A stretch of 64,000 nucleotides of DNA from the NCBI RefSeq assembly GCF_009914755.1, contig NC_060946.1; one strand, given 5' to 3'. The stretch is from the human T2T-CHM13v2.0 reference genome, Homo sapiens. Shown piece by piece: positions 31,148-54,660 of this stretch (positions are counted from its first letter, which is position 1; each line of letters opens with the position of its first letter). The notes beneath the pieces were generated by a model. The model had not been told where the DNA came from, made no database searches, and saw nothing but the letters and a program-made list of their open reading frames with translations. A program made the position numbers and the translations under genes.

Positions 31148-32520
31148 CCTTGATCCATGAGCCGCAGAATGGATGTTGTATTAGCAAAAATGAAAACAAC
31201 ATTAATCTCCTTGTATCATCATTAGAGCTCCTGGCTGACTGGTTACATTGTCAATCAACAGTAATATTTTGAAAGGAACAGTGGGCTTAAAATGTTCAAT
31301 ATGCTGTCAACAGATGTGCTGTCATCCAGGCTTTGTTATTCCGTTTATAGAGCACAGGCAGAGTAGATGTAGCGTAACTCTTAAGGGCCCTAGGATTGTG
31401 GGACTGGTGAATGAGCACTGGCTTCCACTTAAAGTCACCAGCTGCTTAGGCCCTAATGAGAGAGACAGCCTGTCCTTTGAAGCTTTGAAGCCAGGCATTG
31501 ACTTCTCCTCTGTAGCTATGAAAGTCCTAGATGTCATCTTTTAATAGAAGGCTGTTCTATCCACATTGAAAATTGTCATTTAGTGTGGCCACCTTCATCA
31601 GTGATCTTAGCTAGATCTTCTGGGTAACTTGCTGCAGCTTCTGTATCAGCACTTGCTAGCTTCGCCTTGCACTTATATGTTATGGAGATGGCTTCTTTCC
31701 TTCAATATCGTGAGCCAACCTCTGCTAGCTTCAAACTTTTCTTCTGCAGCTTCATCACCAATCTCAGCATTCATAGAATTGAAGACAGTTAGGGCCTTGC
31801 TGTGGATTCAGCTTTGGCTTAAGGGAATGTTGTAGCTGGTTTGATCTTTTATTCAAGGCAGGAAAACTTTCTCCATATCAGCAATAAGGCTGTTTTGCTA
31901 TCTATCATTTGCGTATTCACTGGTGTAGCACTTTTAATTTCCTTCAAGAACTTTTCTTCTGCATTCACAACTTGGCTAACTGGCCTAGCTTTCAGCCTTT
32001 TGGCTTTTGCCGTGCCTTTCTCAATTCGCTTAAGCATTTCTAGATTTTGATTTAAAGTGAAAGATGTGGGAGTCTTCGTTTTACTTGAATACTTAGAGGC
32101 CATTGTAGGGTTACTAATTGGCCTAATTTTAATATTGTTATGTCTCAAGGAATAGGGAAGCCCAAGGAGAGGGAGAGAGACAGAATGGCTAGTCAGTGGA
32201 TCTTTCAGAACACACACAACTTTATAGATTAAGCTCACTGTCTTATATGGGCACAGTTCATGGCACCCCAAAACAATTACTATAGTAGCATCAAAGACCA
32301 CTGGTAATACATCACCATAACAGTTATAATAATAATGAGAAAGTTTAAAATATTGCAAGAATTACCAAACTTGACCTAGAGACATTGAAGTGAGCACATG
32401 CTATTGGCAAAATAGTACTAACAGACTTGTTTGATACAGGGTAGCCACAAACCCCCAATTTGTAAAAAACGCAGTATCTGTGAAGCACAAGAAGGTGAAG
32501 TACAATCTGAGGTGTATCTG
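31148..32520 (-). mobile_element. Tigger1 DNA transposon, 5' ~1.4 kb with decayed transposase
   Basis: 5' TIR ta|cagatacacctc at 32520; remnant peptides MASKYSS...VSQVVNAEEKFLKEIKSATPVNTQMI and SRTFIATEEKSMPGFKASKDRL. Confidence 0.92.
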
Positions 32521-32624
32521 TATTTTCTTCCACGTTGTTAGGTGTCTTCTTATAACCTAAGTTTTAGATTTTCCTAGACAATAACTTAAATAATTTTAGA
32601 ACATTATAAATTACTTCTCCCTTG

Positions 32625-33760
<1,136 letters not shown>

Positions 33761-36142
33761 TGAGAAGTGCCAGTGCCCTTTGCCTGTCTAGCTATAAGTG
33801 GATTATCATGCCCACCCTTTGGAGCCAGCAGTTTTGGTTCAGTCCTTTGGTCTCTGACTACTCACAGTCTGCAGGAAAGAGCAGGTTGTGACACTTGACT
33901 AGTTTATGAGAGCAGAAGCTGTTACGTGACACTTAGCACATACTGCTCTCAGAGGCCCCAGATGGATCATTAATGCTCGGAACGTGCGTGCTTTATGGAG
34001 AAACCGCCTCATCAACGGAGGTAGATTCCCTAATACCCATATCATCTTTCGTTAACTCTCTTAAGAGTCACCCTAAAATTACTGTGCTGACGATCACTGT
34101 ATTTCATTAAGTATCCATTACAAAACAAGCCCTTATGAGTTTAGCTTTTATTTAACAAATACATTGTTCTCTTCTAACTTGTGCCTTTTATCATCCGTTG
34201 AAGCTTTAGAATAGTAGAATGTTCATGCTGAAAACGTCTTGGCATTCTGGTTTATTATCAGGTTTACAGATCTGGGACTGAAACCCGCACAAGGATAAAT
34301 GGCTGCCTCAAGGCTATCTTGTGAGTCCAGGGCGTTATGTAACCAGCTTTCAGTACTATTGCTTTAAGGGTTGCATCTTCCTTTTTTTCTATTTTTAAAA
34401 AATCAGTGCCTCTGTTTATACACAATTATGTTTTTAATTTAAATATGCAGCTAACTGTAATAATTTTTAAGTGCTTATCATGAGAAGGGGTAATCGAGTT
34501 CCCATTTCCTTATCTCTAAAATTTCGCTGTCCAGAGACAACCATTTTTAATTTTTTTAGCTGTTGTCTTTAGGGATTGATGGTACTAGATTGGTAATACA
34601 AGAATAACCAACCGGAATAGAGAAGATGTTTATACATTCAGTAAACTTTTCTTTGGTTTTAGATTTTTCTGTCTATGAGCTTTAGTTGCGTTATTGTTTT
34701 CTTGCTCTGGAAAACCCTAACTGAATGCAATCAAGATGCCTCTAAAGGTTCAATTGAGAGAGCTTTATTTTGAATGAAAAATCTCATTGTTTTTTGATGA
34801 AATGCTAGACTTAGAAATGGATTGGTTAAATCTGAAGAATAATGAAACCACTTAATCTAGTATAAAATACTTTTAATAAATGAACAGAAGATTTTAGTGC
34901 TGCCTGAGGTCATTTAATCTCAGATTGACATTGAGAATGCAGCTTTATTGGGGGATGTACTTCATGAATGTGTGGGCCACAGAAGAAAAGATTGGCTGTT
35001 TCTTGCTGGAGATGAGTGGAATCAAAAGAATTAATGGGCTGGAATGGTTTAGCAGGCATATATTTATGTGTTATGCTTTGCTTGCATTCTAAGCTTTTTT
35101 TCCTAATATAAAAGTTAATAATTTGTCAACTAGTAACCTCTGTGTCAGGTAGTGTGCTGAGTGTTTAAATAGAAGTTAGGGAATAAAAATAGTTTCTATT
35201 CTCAGGAAGTTTATGGACTAGTCAGTAAAAAATACATCAGTAATTAAAACTCAGTAAAGTAAAACTTTTGTTTATGGTTATAACAGAATATCAGACCAAA
35301 TCTCTGATGAGACTACTGTAAAAACTGTTTAAAATACAAAAACAAATATCTTTGATGGCACTGGGGACTAACCAAGGCAGCCAGGTCAAATTTGGCAGGA
35401 GCCAAAATTGTAGAGAAAAATCCTATTGAGTTGAGCCCGTATGTACCCCTGCTTTTTTCCCTTAGGGTGGTGGCTAACTCTACACATGGGGTGGAGACCA
35501 GACAAAGCAGTGGTCCAGAGTTTGTTTCATAACCACTGAGTAGTGGGAGTAAAACTTGAATTGAGGGATTCTAAGGCAGCCAAGATTTGAGGGTCCAAGA
35601 TCCTAGGAAAAAGACAACCTCAAGAGTAATGAACTCAGTCAACATGGTGGCACATGCCTCTAGTCCCAGCTACTCAGGAGGCTGAGGCAGGAGGATTGCT
35701 TGAGCCTAACAGTTCAAGATTACAGTGAGCTTTGATCACACCACTACACTCCAGCCTGGGCAACACAGTGAGACCCTATCTCTTTGGGAAAATAGAGAGA
35801 GAGAAAGAGGGTAGTAAACTCAATATTTGACTTAGCTTTTGCTGTTAAGGTATTTTTCAAAGTCAGAAGGAGAAATTCAGTAGAAAGCTATTACCCAAGC
35901 CTAAAAAACGTAAGCACAGTTTTTGTTCTCACAGGAGTAGGTTGACAAAAAATTAGATTTCAAGGCCAGCCAAAGAGGAATGACAATGGGAAATACTCCA
36001 GGCCTTCGGCTGAGACCTCAGAAGAATTATGACCTACAAATAAAGGTTGACCAGAAGTTATCAGCTTGAAATCCAGCTTCAAAACTTTGATTGGATCAGG
36101 GTGATCAGCCCTTATTCTAGTTACCTGCCAGAAGAAACTTAG

Positions 36143-36319
<177 letters not shown>

Positions 36320-36573
36320 TTAATTAATTAAATACCAGGCATGCCAATAAGCACGATCAAGTGAATGAAAATCAAGAGAAAGAATGAGTAACAGAGAAAG
36401 AACTTGAGGTGATCCAGATATTGGAACTCTTAGATAGGCTTTTAAAATAACCGATTTATGAGTTTAAGGAAACAGATGAAGAGATAGAGAGTTTTACCAG
36501 AGAACTGGAATCTATAAAATAGAATCAAATGAACATTTTATTTTATTATTTTATTTTATTTTTTATTTTTTGA

Positions 36574-36678
<105 letters not shown>

Positions 36679-37589
36679 TGAGTAGCTGGGATTACAGGCA
36701 CCTGCCACCAGGCCCAGCTAATTTTTTTTTTTTTTTTGTACTTTTAGTAGAGACGGGGTTTCGTCATGTTGGCCAGGCTGGTCTCGAACTCCTGACCTCA
36801 GGTGATCCTCCCAAAGTGCTGGGATTATAGGCGTGAGCCATGGCGCCTGGCCAAATGAAAATTTTAGGACTAAAAATACATTAGCTTGAGTTACAAACTC
36901 CCAAGCATGTGTTTCACAACCACTCAACACGGAAAAGATTTGTGAATTAGAGGACTGATCAGTAAGAAATATCTACAGTGAAGCACCGAGAAATGAAAGG
37001 ATGAAAAAAATATAGTGTAGTGGAGACACAGGACATAATAGAGGGGTTAAGACACATACAATTGGGTTATACTAAGAGAAAAGAGAGGGCTAGGAGTGTC
37101 ATAAGTGCTAAAAGTCAAGGACAGCAAAAAAAATCTTTAATTGCTAGAGAAAAAAGATACTAGGTTAAGAGGAATAATAAGATTGGCAGCCGATTTCTCA
37201 ATAGATAACAAAAAGAGGATTTGTCACCAGCAGGCCCATTCTGAAAGAAAAAGGAAGTTCTCGTCGCAGAAAGAAAATAATACCAAAGGGAAACAAAATT
37301 TCAAGAAGGAATAAAGAACAGTGGAAGAGTAAATATGAAGGTAAATATATATGAATATTGACTGCAGTGTAATAAAAATGTCTTATTTAAAGATACATGC
37401 AGGTTTAAAGTTTAAGATAAAATGGTTCAAAAGTTAGGAGGGGGCAGTAAATATAATTAAGGTGTTGCAAGGTCTTTGAATTGTTCAGAAGGTTAGGAAA
37501 TTAATTTGTCGTAGACTCTGAGTAAGTGAAGGGCTGCACATTGTAAATCTCTAGTCCTACACGCTGCTACAGTTGACATTCATTGCACG

Positions 37590-38125
37590 GAGTTACTGAG
37601 AACTCAAATGTGACTATTCTGAATTGAGATGTGCTGTGATTATAAATAAACACCAGATTTTGAACACTTAGAAGATTTCATATAGAAAAATAGAATGTAA
37701 AATGCTTCATTTAAAAAATACTGATTACATGTTGAAATGATCTCTTTTTTTTGAGACAGAGTCTCGCTCTGTCACCCAGGCTGGAGTGCAGTGGTGCATC
37801 ACGGCAGGCTCCACCTCCCGGGTTCACGCCATTCTCCTGCCCCAGCCTCCCAATTAGCTGGGACTACAGGTGCGTGCCACCACCCCCGGCTAATTTTTTT
37901 GTATTTTTAGTAGAGATGGGGTTCCACCGTGTTAGCCAGGATGGTCTCGATCTCCTGACCTCGTGATCCACCCGCCCTGGCCTCCCAAAGTGCTGGGATT
38001 ACAGGTGTGAGCCACTGCGTCTGGCTGAAATGATCATATTTTTAATATGTTTGATTAAATAAGATACATTAATATATATTTTTAACTTTTTCAATGTGGC
38101 TACTATAATATTTAAAATCACATAT
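37590..38125 (-). mobile_element. MER33 (hAT-Charlie) split by an AluY (TSD tgaaatgatc)
   Basis: gaattgagatgtgctgt, tgattacatgttgaaatgat, aatgtggctact motifs. Confidence 0.75.
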
Positions 38126-38857
38126 TGTTAACAAAGTAATAAAAGAATGGAAAATAAGAGGCTAACAGAAGAGAAATGGAATATTAATACTTGATTAATC
38201 CAAAATAAGGCAGGAAAGGAGAGAAAAGGAACAAAGAACTAAGGGTACAGTAATAGATGTAAACCCAAATATGTAAAAATCACATTATAGGTAAATAGGC
38301 TGCATATTCCAGTTAAAAGACAAAGATTTTCAGATTAAAAACAATAGACCCAACCATAATTTTGTTCAAAAGACCCACTTTAAATAGAAAGACTGGAAGT
38401 AAAAGAGTTGGAAAAGATGTACTATGCGAGCACTAACCAAAGGACTGCTGGAAGAGCTATACTAATTTCAAAGCGTCATTTCTCAGAAAGAAATATTACT
38501 AGAGATAGAGATTGTCCGTAATGATAAAGGATTAAAACAATTACAATAGCCAAGGCACCCTTAGAAAACAATGTGGGAAGACTTCACGCTGCCCAGTAAG
38601 ACTTTAGAGGCACGTAGAGCACATCATAAATTCATATGTATCTAGTAACGCAGCCCCAGAGAATATAAAGGGAAACTGATAGAACTAAAAGGCGAAATAG
38701 GCATATTTGGAAATTTTAACACATTCCTCTCATTAACGAATAGAAAAAGCAAATGAAATTTAGTAGAGCTACAGAACATGTAAGTAATGCTATTAACTAC
38801 TTTGTCCTGACTGATCCATAAAACACTGCACCAGACAACAGCAAATTGCACATTCCC

Positions 38858-38859
<2 letters not shown>

Positions 38860-38905
<46 letters not shown>
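38860..38905. repeat. (TG)n microsatellite forming the tail of a minus-strand Alu
   Basis: About 22 TG units between the TSD (gcacattcc) and the Alu body. Confidence 0.95.
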
Positions 38906-39196
<291 letters not shown>

Positions 39197-39882
39197 TAAT
39201 TGGCCACAGTATATTCATCAGAATTGGCCACATGCACTCTCAAAAAATTTCAATGAATTAAAATCCTTCAGAGTAAGTTCTCAAAGTGGAGGGAAAAATG
39301 TGATCTAATCAAAGGGATGAACAAAAGCATTTGATAAAATTCAACACCTGTTTATTAGTTTCCAAAAAAACCCCCACAGAACAAATTTCTAACAAACTGG
39401 GAATAAAGGGACTTTTAAAAAGATGATAAAGGGCATCTACACAAAATAATATTTATAGTGGACATTAAGCCTAATGGTGACTTATTGAAAGCTTTCTTCC
39501 AGAGATGAGGAAAGAGACAAGACCCTGCTCTCATCACTTCTATTCAGTGTTGTATGTAAAGCTCTACTGGGAGACTGAGGCAGGAGGATCTCTTGAGGCC
39601 AAGAGTTCAAGACTCACCTGGGCAACATAGTTAGATGCCCATCTCTACAAAAAATTAAAAAATAAAGTTCTAGTCAGGGCAGAAAGGCAGAAAGAGAGAT
39701 AAGAAGTATAATACTTGGAAAGAAAGAAATAAAATTCTATTTGCAGACATGATTATGATGTAGGAAATACTAACAAAGATGCATGTAAAATATGAGAATT
39801 AATAGCAAGTGAAAAAAATTTCAGGATCTAATTTTTATTAGCATTTAAAAAATAAAGTACAGTGGCCAGGCACAGTGGCTCA

Positions 39883-40170
<288 letters not shown>

Positions 40171-40947
40171 TTATAGCCAGGCTTTGCTGTGCCTGCAGCA
40201 GATTAGACACAGAATGCCTCATTTTAAAAGCTCATAATACCAAGTGTTGGCAAGGAAGCAGAGAAACAAGAACACTTGCACCCTGCTGATAGGGCTCTAA
40301 ACTGTTCTCGCCAGTTTGGAAAACATTGGCACTATCTGCTGAAGTTGAATAGTCTCCTTAAGAGTCAAAAGCTGGAAACAACCCAAATAATCATCAAGAC
40401 ATGAATGGACAAATGAATTGTGATATATAAGGTATACAAAACAAGCAAAGAAAAAGAACAAACTGTTGCAACATGCAGCAGCGTGGATGAATCTCACACG
40501 CATAATATTGAGCAGAAGCAGCCAGATGCACGGGAGTCTGAACTATGATTCCATTTAAATGAAGCCAAAACAGTGGTGGGAATTAATCTATTATAATATG
40601 TCAGAAGAGTGGTTATCTTTAGGGGAATTGAGGGAGGCTTTCTGGGATTCTGATTACATTCTGTATCTTGATTTGGGGGAGGTGGCTACATGGTGTATTC
40701 ACTTTGTGAAAATGCTTTTAGCTGTACTTATCATTTGGGTACTTCATGTATATTATACTTCAGCAAAAATTAATAAAAAATATTTTTGGTATTTTCAGGA
40801 ATGTTGTTGCCCCAATTATCTGTGGTTCTGAGGTTTTTATGTCACATGTTTCTGATATTTTACTCTTCTTCATTTATTCCAGATGATTTATTAAGATCCA
40901 TTAGATTCATTTTCTTTTCTATATAAAACAAATTATTTATAGTATAG

Positions 40948-41405
40948 TGTATTCGTTTTCTGTTACTATTGAAATTACTACAAATGTAGTGGCTAAAACA
41001 ACACATAGTTTTCAGCTTAGAGTTGTGTTGGTTAGAAGTCCAGCATGGCTCTTACTGGACTAAAATCAAGGTGTCAGCAGAGCTGTGTTCTTTTCTCAAG
41101 GCTTTAGGGGAGAATCTGTTTCCTTGCCTTTTCCAGCTTATAGAGGCAGCCATGTTTTTTGGCTTGTGGCCCCTTCCTCCATCTTCAAAGCCAACAGCTG
41201 GTCAAGTTGTCACATTGCGTCACTCTGACCATAGGTTATCTGCTTTTAAGGCCTTGTGTGATTTGATTGGGTCCACCTGGACCATTCAGGATCATCTTCC
41301 TGTCCTTAAAATTCTTAATCACATCTGCAAACTCTCTTGCCATGTAAGTGAACATGTTCAGAGGTTCCAGAGAGTAAGACATCAATAGCTTATGGGGCTA
41401 CCACA
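40948..41405. mobile_element. MLT1-family MaLR LTR
   Basis: tgtatt...gtggctaaaacaacac...ctaaaatcaaggtgtcagcag...ttaatcacatctgcaaa...taccaca. Confidence 0.8.
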
Positions 41406-41591
41406 GATACCTTATACAATTATCTCCTGAAAGTTGAGTTTCTAGGATTTAGTTGTGTTATTTTTTTTTATAACTTGCATACCATACAACTCACCAAGTT
41501 GGACAGTTCAGTGGTTTTTAATGTATGCACAGAGTTGTGTAACCATCATCACAATAAATTTTAGGATATTCTCACCACCTCACAGCCCTAG

Positions 41592-45661
<4,070 letters not shown>

Positions 45662-45751
45662 TCAGTATAAAAGTCATGAGCTTTGTTGAGTCTCAAAATA
45701 TCTAATCTTGCTTGATCTACTAAATTTGTTTTCATTTTCTGTTGCTTCTAG

Positions 45752-45952
<201 letters not shown>

Positions 45953-46547
45953 TAGGCAGGATGCATTGGTGTTTACAGTGTTCCATCTCATTATAGGAAA
46001 TTGTAGACATACAAAAGTAGATGGATTGATATTTCAGCCCAATACGCTCATCACGCTCATCACCATTATCAGCTCACAGCCAGTTGTAACTCTGTGATAC
46101 CCACCCTCCCCTCTTATTATTTTGAAGCAGATTCTGGACATCATATCATTTCATCCATAAATATTTTATTATCTTGGAAAGAGAAGGATTCTTTTAAAAA
46201 TATAATCCTAATACCATTATCAGTCCTTAAAATAATTGATAATCATTCCTTAAATCATACCTTATTCAATGAGTATTTAAATTTCTAACAGTCTTATAAA
46301 TATTTTTGTTTTATTTACTATCTATTTTTATGTTTGGATCAGGACTCCCATAGGTCCATATATAATTGGCTGATGTGTCTCTTAAATCTTCTTTTTTAAA
46401 TCTATGGGTTTAACCCGATTCTTGCAGTTTAATTTTTGTGGAAGCTGGTCACGTGACCTATAGAGTTTCTGAGCATGTGGATTTTTATATCACAATATCC
46501 CCATGACGTTTTTGCCCATCACCCTTTGTTGTGTGTATTTATTGTAA

Positions 46548-48606
<2,059 letters not shown>

Positions 48607-49431
48607 ACCTAGAAATAATAAAAGCTGTATACGACAAAGCCATAGCTAACCTACTACACAATGGGGAAAAGTGAAAAGCGTTTCCTCTGTAAACAGGAAC
48701 AAGACGAGGATGCCCGTTCTCACCACTTTTATTAGACATCACACAAATATGCAAGAGAAAAAAATAAAAGCCACCCACACTGGAAAAGAGGACATCAAAT
48801 TATCCTTGTCTGATGAAGATGTGATCTTGGATTTACAAACATGTAAAGCCTCCACCAGAAAACTCTAGACTTGATAAATAAATTAATACAGTCATTTGCA
48901 GGATACAAAATCAACATACAAAAATCAGCAGCATTTTATACACCAATAATGGTCTAGGAAAGAAATTAAGGAGGCAATCCCATTTACAATAGCAACAAAA
49001 TGAAAAATGATATGCCACAGAGGAAATTTTACCAAGGAGGTGAACGATTTCTACAAGGAAAACTACAAAACACTGATGACAAAGTTTAAGAGGACGGAAA
49101 GAAATGGACAGTCATTTCATGCTCATGGAAGGAATTCATAGCATTAAAATGACCACACTGCCCAGAGCAGTCTAGAGATTCAATACAACCCCTACCAAAA
49201 TACCAGTGTCATCTCTCACAGAACTGGAAAATCGTAAAACTCATATGAAACCAAAAAAGAGCTCAAAGAGCCAAAGTCATCCTCAGCAAAAACAACAAAA
49301 CTAGAAGCACCCCATTTCACTGCAAATTAGAATGACAAAATTTTTGACAAGTGCATGGTAACCAAAACAGCATGGTCCTAGCATAAAACTAGACACATAG
49401 ATCAATGGGACGGATGACAGAGCCCAGAAAG
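48607..49431 (+). mobile_element. L1 ORF2 (RT to C-terminal) fragment
   Basis: gcaggatacaaaatcaacatacaaaaatca, aaggaaaactacaaaacactg, ccaaaacagcatggt, gacacatagatcaatgg motifs. Confidence 0.9.
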
Positions 49432-49439
49432 ACAGCCAC

Positions 49440-51039
49440 ATAGTCTTGGGGCTTGTGTCTCTCCTGCTGTGCATCCATGCTGGGTGCTTTACATACAACA
49501 GGCAGACAAGAAGTCCCTGTTGCAAGTGAGGACAAAGTGTGGGAAGGCCGTGAGGGTCTGCAGTCCCAGATGGCCTTGGCCTCACCCCGCAGTGCGCTTT
49601 TGCACCAGAGTGCCACCTTCTTCTCCAGGTCCAGGTCTTCAGCAGTGACCCCAGACCCCAGCTGTAAGGGAGGTGGCAGCATCAGAGGCTCCCCTTGCCT
49701 GAGTGGCAGCAGAGGAAACTTGCATCTATGGGGCCTAGAGGCCTGGGATGTGGGGGAGCCATTCCTGGGGGCAAGTGTCTGCCCTGGTGCTGCATCTGCT
49801 GCCTTTTCACACTGGGTGAGACCCCAAGAGACAGCCTGAGGCCGGTCCTCACTCACTGTCTTTGAGGACCTGAGGGGCAGCTGACAGTGGGATGAGGCTG
49901 GCCCCCTCCTCTTTGGTGACAGGAAGCCTCCCATGGAACTGTAGGAGCTCACGATGGCATTTTGTTTGGTGCACGAACTCATCCAGGAGGTCTGGGATCT
50001 CTGGTTTTATCCGACTTCTGACCTCTGGGCATGGAGGTCTCTCTGCAGAGGCCCAGGCCTGGGCACGAAGGGAGAGAGGCCTCCATTGTCCCGCAGGGGC
50101 CGAAATGCAGACTGTGCATCCCCGGTGCCCTGGGGAACCCTTCTCTGATCATCAGGATTCTCTTGGACTCTGGGGTCCTTGTCCTGCTCAGGCATCCCTG
50201 CCCCCCTCTTCAGGAGGGCCCTCAACACGATCTTCTCTGGACAGGAGTCTGGGGCACAACTGGATGTTGTGGGCCCCAAAGGGGTGACTCCCTGCTCCTG
50301 GGCCCCACAGAGAGTCCTTGTGCTCAGTGCACTGGCTGAGCTGCAAGACATCCTGGAATTGGGAGCACACAGCACCGGCTTGCTGTGGTACCTGTGCATT
50401 CAAATTGAAGGCAGGATCGCCAGCAAGGAACACAGGGCTTGCAGGATCACAGAAAACCCTTGGAGTTGTTTTGACACACCACTGATGCCAAGTGTCTGGG
50501 TACTTGTAGGATGGCCCTGCCATTCCATCCAGGGGCAGTGGCAACAGGGAGATTCCACAAACAAAGTGAACTGGGGGATGGGATGAGCAGGCTCCAGGCA
50601 ACTGAGCCCTACTGGCAGGCCCTTGGCCCCCGGGGCCGGGACAGGGGTGACAGACACAGAGTGCCCAGGTAACCACTCCTGGGAGCAGTGGGGAACCGTC
50701 GGATGCTTCAACTCTTGAGAGCTGGGCTCTAAGCATCCGCCTTAGCTGCCAACTTGGCCAAAGGCTATGCGAGCAGTTTCCCGTTGACGGGCAATGCATC
50801 TTTCCAACCTGAGCGAGTGGGTGTGTGTGCAAAGATGGTGCGAGTCACGGATCTGCGCAGGAAGGGTGACTTTAAGGGATTAGCATGGCCAGGTATGCAC
50901 ACAAGGCACCTGCTGGCAATGCCTTGGTGGGGAGCGGGCAGTGCACACAAGAGGTACTGGAGGGAGAGGCGCGCGGGAAGAACAGGCGCGCACAATGGCT
51001 GCAGATCCACCTGTGGATCGCTGAAGATTCCTGCTGAGG
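49440..51039 (-). pseudogene. POM121-like pseudogene copy 2, frameshifted (probably the DGCR9/POM121L5P segment)
   Basis: POM121L peptides spread over three frames: KDSLWGPGAGSHPFGAHN; DSCPEKIVLRALLKRGAGMPEQDKDPRVQENP; SSCTKQNAIVSSYSSMGG...GEPLMLPPPLQLG...APSMDAQQERHKPQD. Alias assignment is from memory. Confidence 0.88.
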
Positions 51040-51679
51040 GTTGAGGCTGCTGGGCTGGAGGACTGTATGGTCCATGCATTGTAATGTCCCCTTCTCTCCC
51101 TGGCCCGGAGCCCCAAGAGCTATCCGGACTCTCTCCAAGACCTGGTTCTGGCCCAGCAAAGAGGTCTCGGCAGGGGAGCAGGATTCCCGGCCCAGCAGCT
51201 GGCTCAGGAGGTGACAGCTTTGGGATTCGCATCTGAGCATCCTCCTACTCTTCTCCTGGGAACTCTGTTGGGGAGGGTTGCTCAGAACAGAAGTGCCTGG
51301 GACGCCCAGATCCTGCTGGAGTGGCAGCTGGGGTGATGGCCAGGGCAGGCTGGGAGGGACATACTTTCCATAGGACCCAGTGCTTTCATCTCCGTGCAAC
51401 TGACCAAGAGAAACCAAACCCAAACTCCTTCCTTTACACAGACCTATTTGAGGGAGGCTGGGTATTGTTTGTGTATTTCAACCTAACAAGATTTTGAGAT
51501 AGTTGGAATGCAGAAGGAGACAGGAGGACTCAAGTGTCCTGTCTTTTGCAAAAATGTCAAACGTAGCTACTCAGTCTCTTTTTTGTTTTTTTGTTTGTTT
51601 TGAAGACTATGGTTATTTTGCAAAATATATATTATTTGAGTTTCTCTAGGTGCTATTTTTAGATAAATTAATATACTTT

Positions 51680-52200
51680 TTTCATCAGCACATGAAACGT
51701 TCTTCAAAACAGATCCTTTGTTAGTCCACAAAAGCTGTCCCTACACATTTTAGGAAATCATAATCATAATCATTCCAAAGATCAGACAACAGAGGAATAA
51801 ACCTAGAAATGGACATCAAGGCAAACTACAGAACCTATACGCATACATGAAAATTAAACCCCACCCTCCTGAATGAGCACTGATTCAATGAAGAAATTAA
51901 AATGAAAATCCGAAAATGTTTTCAAACAAATGAAAATGGAAACATCATATACCAAAAGCCTTTGGATTCAGCAAAATCAGTGCTGTGAGGGAAGTTTGTA
52001 GCAATAAATACCTACATCCAAAAAGTAGAAAGATGAAAAATTAATAAACTGATGATGCACCTTAAAGAACTAGAAAAGCAAGAACAAAGCAAAACCAAAA
52101 TTAGCCCATGAAAAAAATAATAAAGATCAGAGGAGAACTAAATAAAATAGGGTCTCAAAAACAACACAGAAATCAAGAAAAGGAATTACTGGTTCTTAGC
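51680..52200 (+). mobile_element. L1 ORF2 fragment
   Basis: aaattaaaccccaccctcctgaatga, aaatgaaaatggaaaca, gggaagtttgtagcaataaatacctacatc, aagaactagaaaagcaagaacaaa. Confidence 0.88.
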
Positions 52201-52224
52201 AAGAAAAACACACTTTGGGTATTT

Positions 52225-54034
<1,810 letters not shown>

Positions 54035-54577
54035 TAAGTATATTAATCTAGAAGAGTTTTTTTAAAATACAGTATACCATTTTTATCTATAACACTTAAA
54101 GACAATCAAAGCCAAATTATGCTGTTTCAAGATACCATATACTTAGAAAAACATCTATAAAAAGCAAGAGAAACATACAAATCAGGCCCATCTGGAGAGA
54201 AGGGAGTGAAGCATTGCGCTGATACGGGGATAAATATGCTGGTTGGGTAGACAGGCAGTCCTTATGCTTTTGGCTGACGTAGATGTTACGTACTATTTCA
54301 TGTGTTATCACACTCTCCAGTAAACACGTAACATAAGAGAATAATTAACCACTATCAAGCGTTCTCATCTTGAGACAGGAAGATGTAGAGGAAAGACCTT
54401 GATGTGTGTGTCAGTTACAAGGATGTACACCAGTGACTGACATGACTTGGTGCAAATCTTGGGTAGAGACCTATACTTAAGCTCCTCACTCCCACCTGCC
54501 GAGGCGTAAGGGCTCAGAGGGGGTTCCATGGGGTGGGCGGGAGTGGTAAGGGTCGAGGTGCAGCCACAGCCTGGCTC

Positions 54578-54660
54578 TGTGCACACCCCCTCCCTCCCCC
54601 TGGTCCCATGTGCACACCCTCTCCCTGCCCCCTGCCCCTTGTGCACACCCTCTGTACCCC
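54578..54660. repeat. ~31-bp C-rich tandem repeat (tgtgcacaccc core), about 2.5 copies
   Basis: Three tgtgcacaccc cores separated by C-rich spacers. Confidence 0.7.

Noticed and set aside
31849-32358. 169-aa ORF with transposase-like sequence (possible domesticated TIGD gene)
   Set aside because: Frameshifted, truncated Tigger1 fossil lacking the catalytic C-terminal part.
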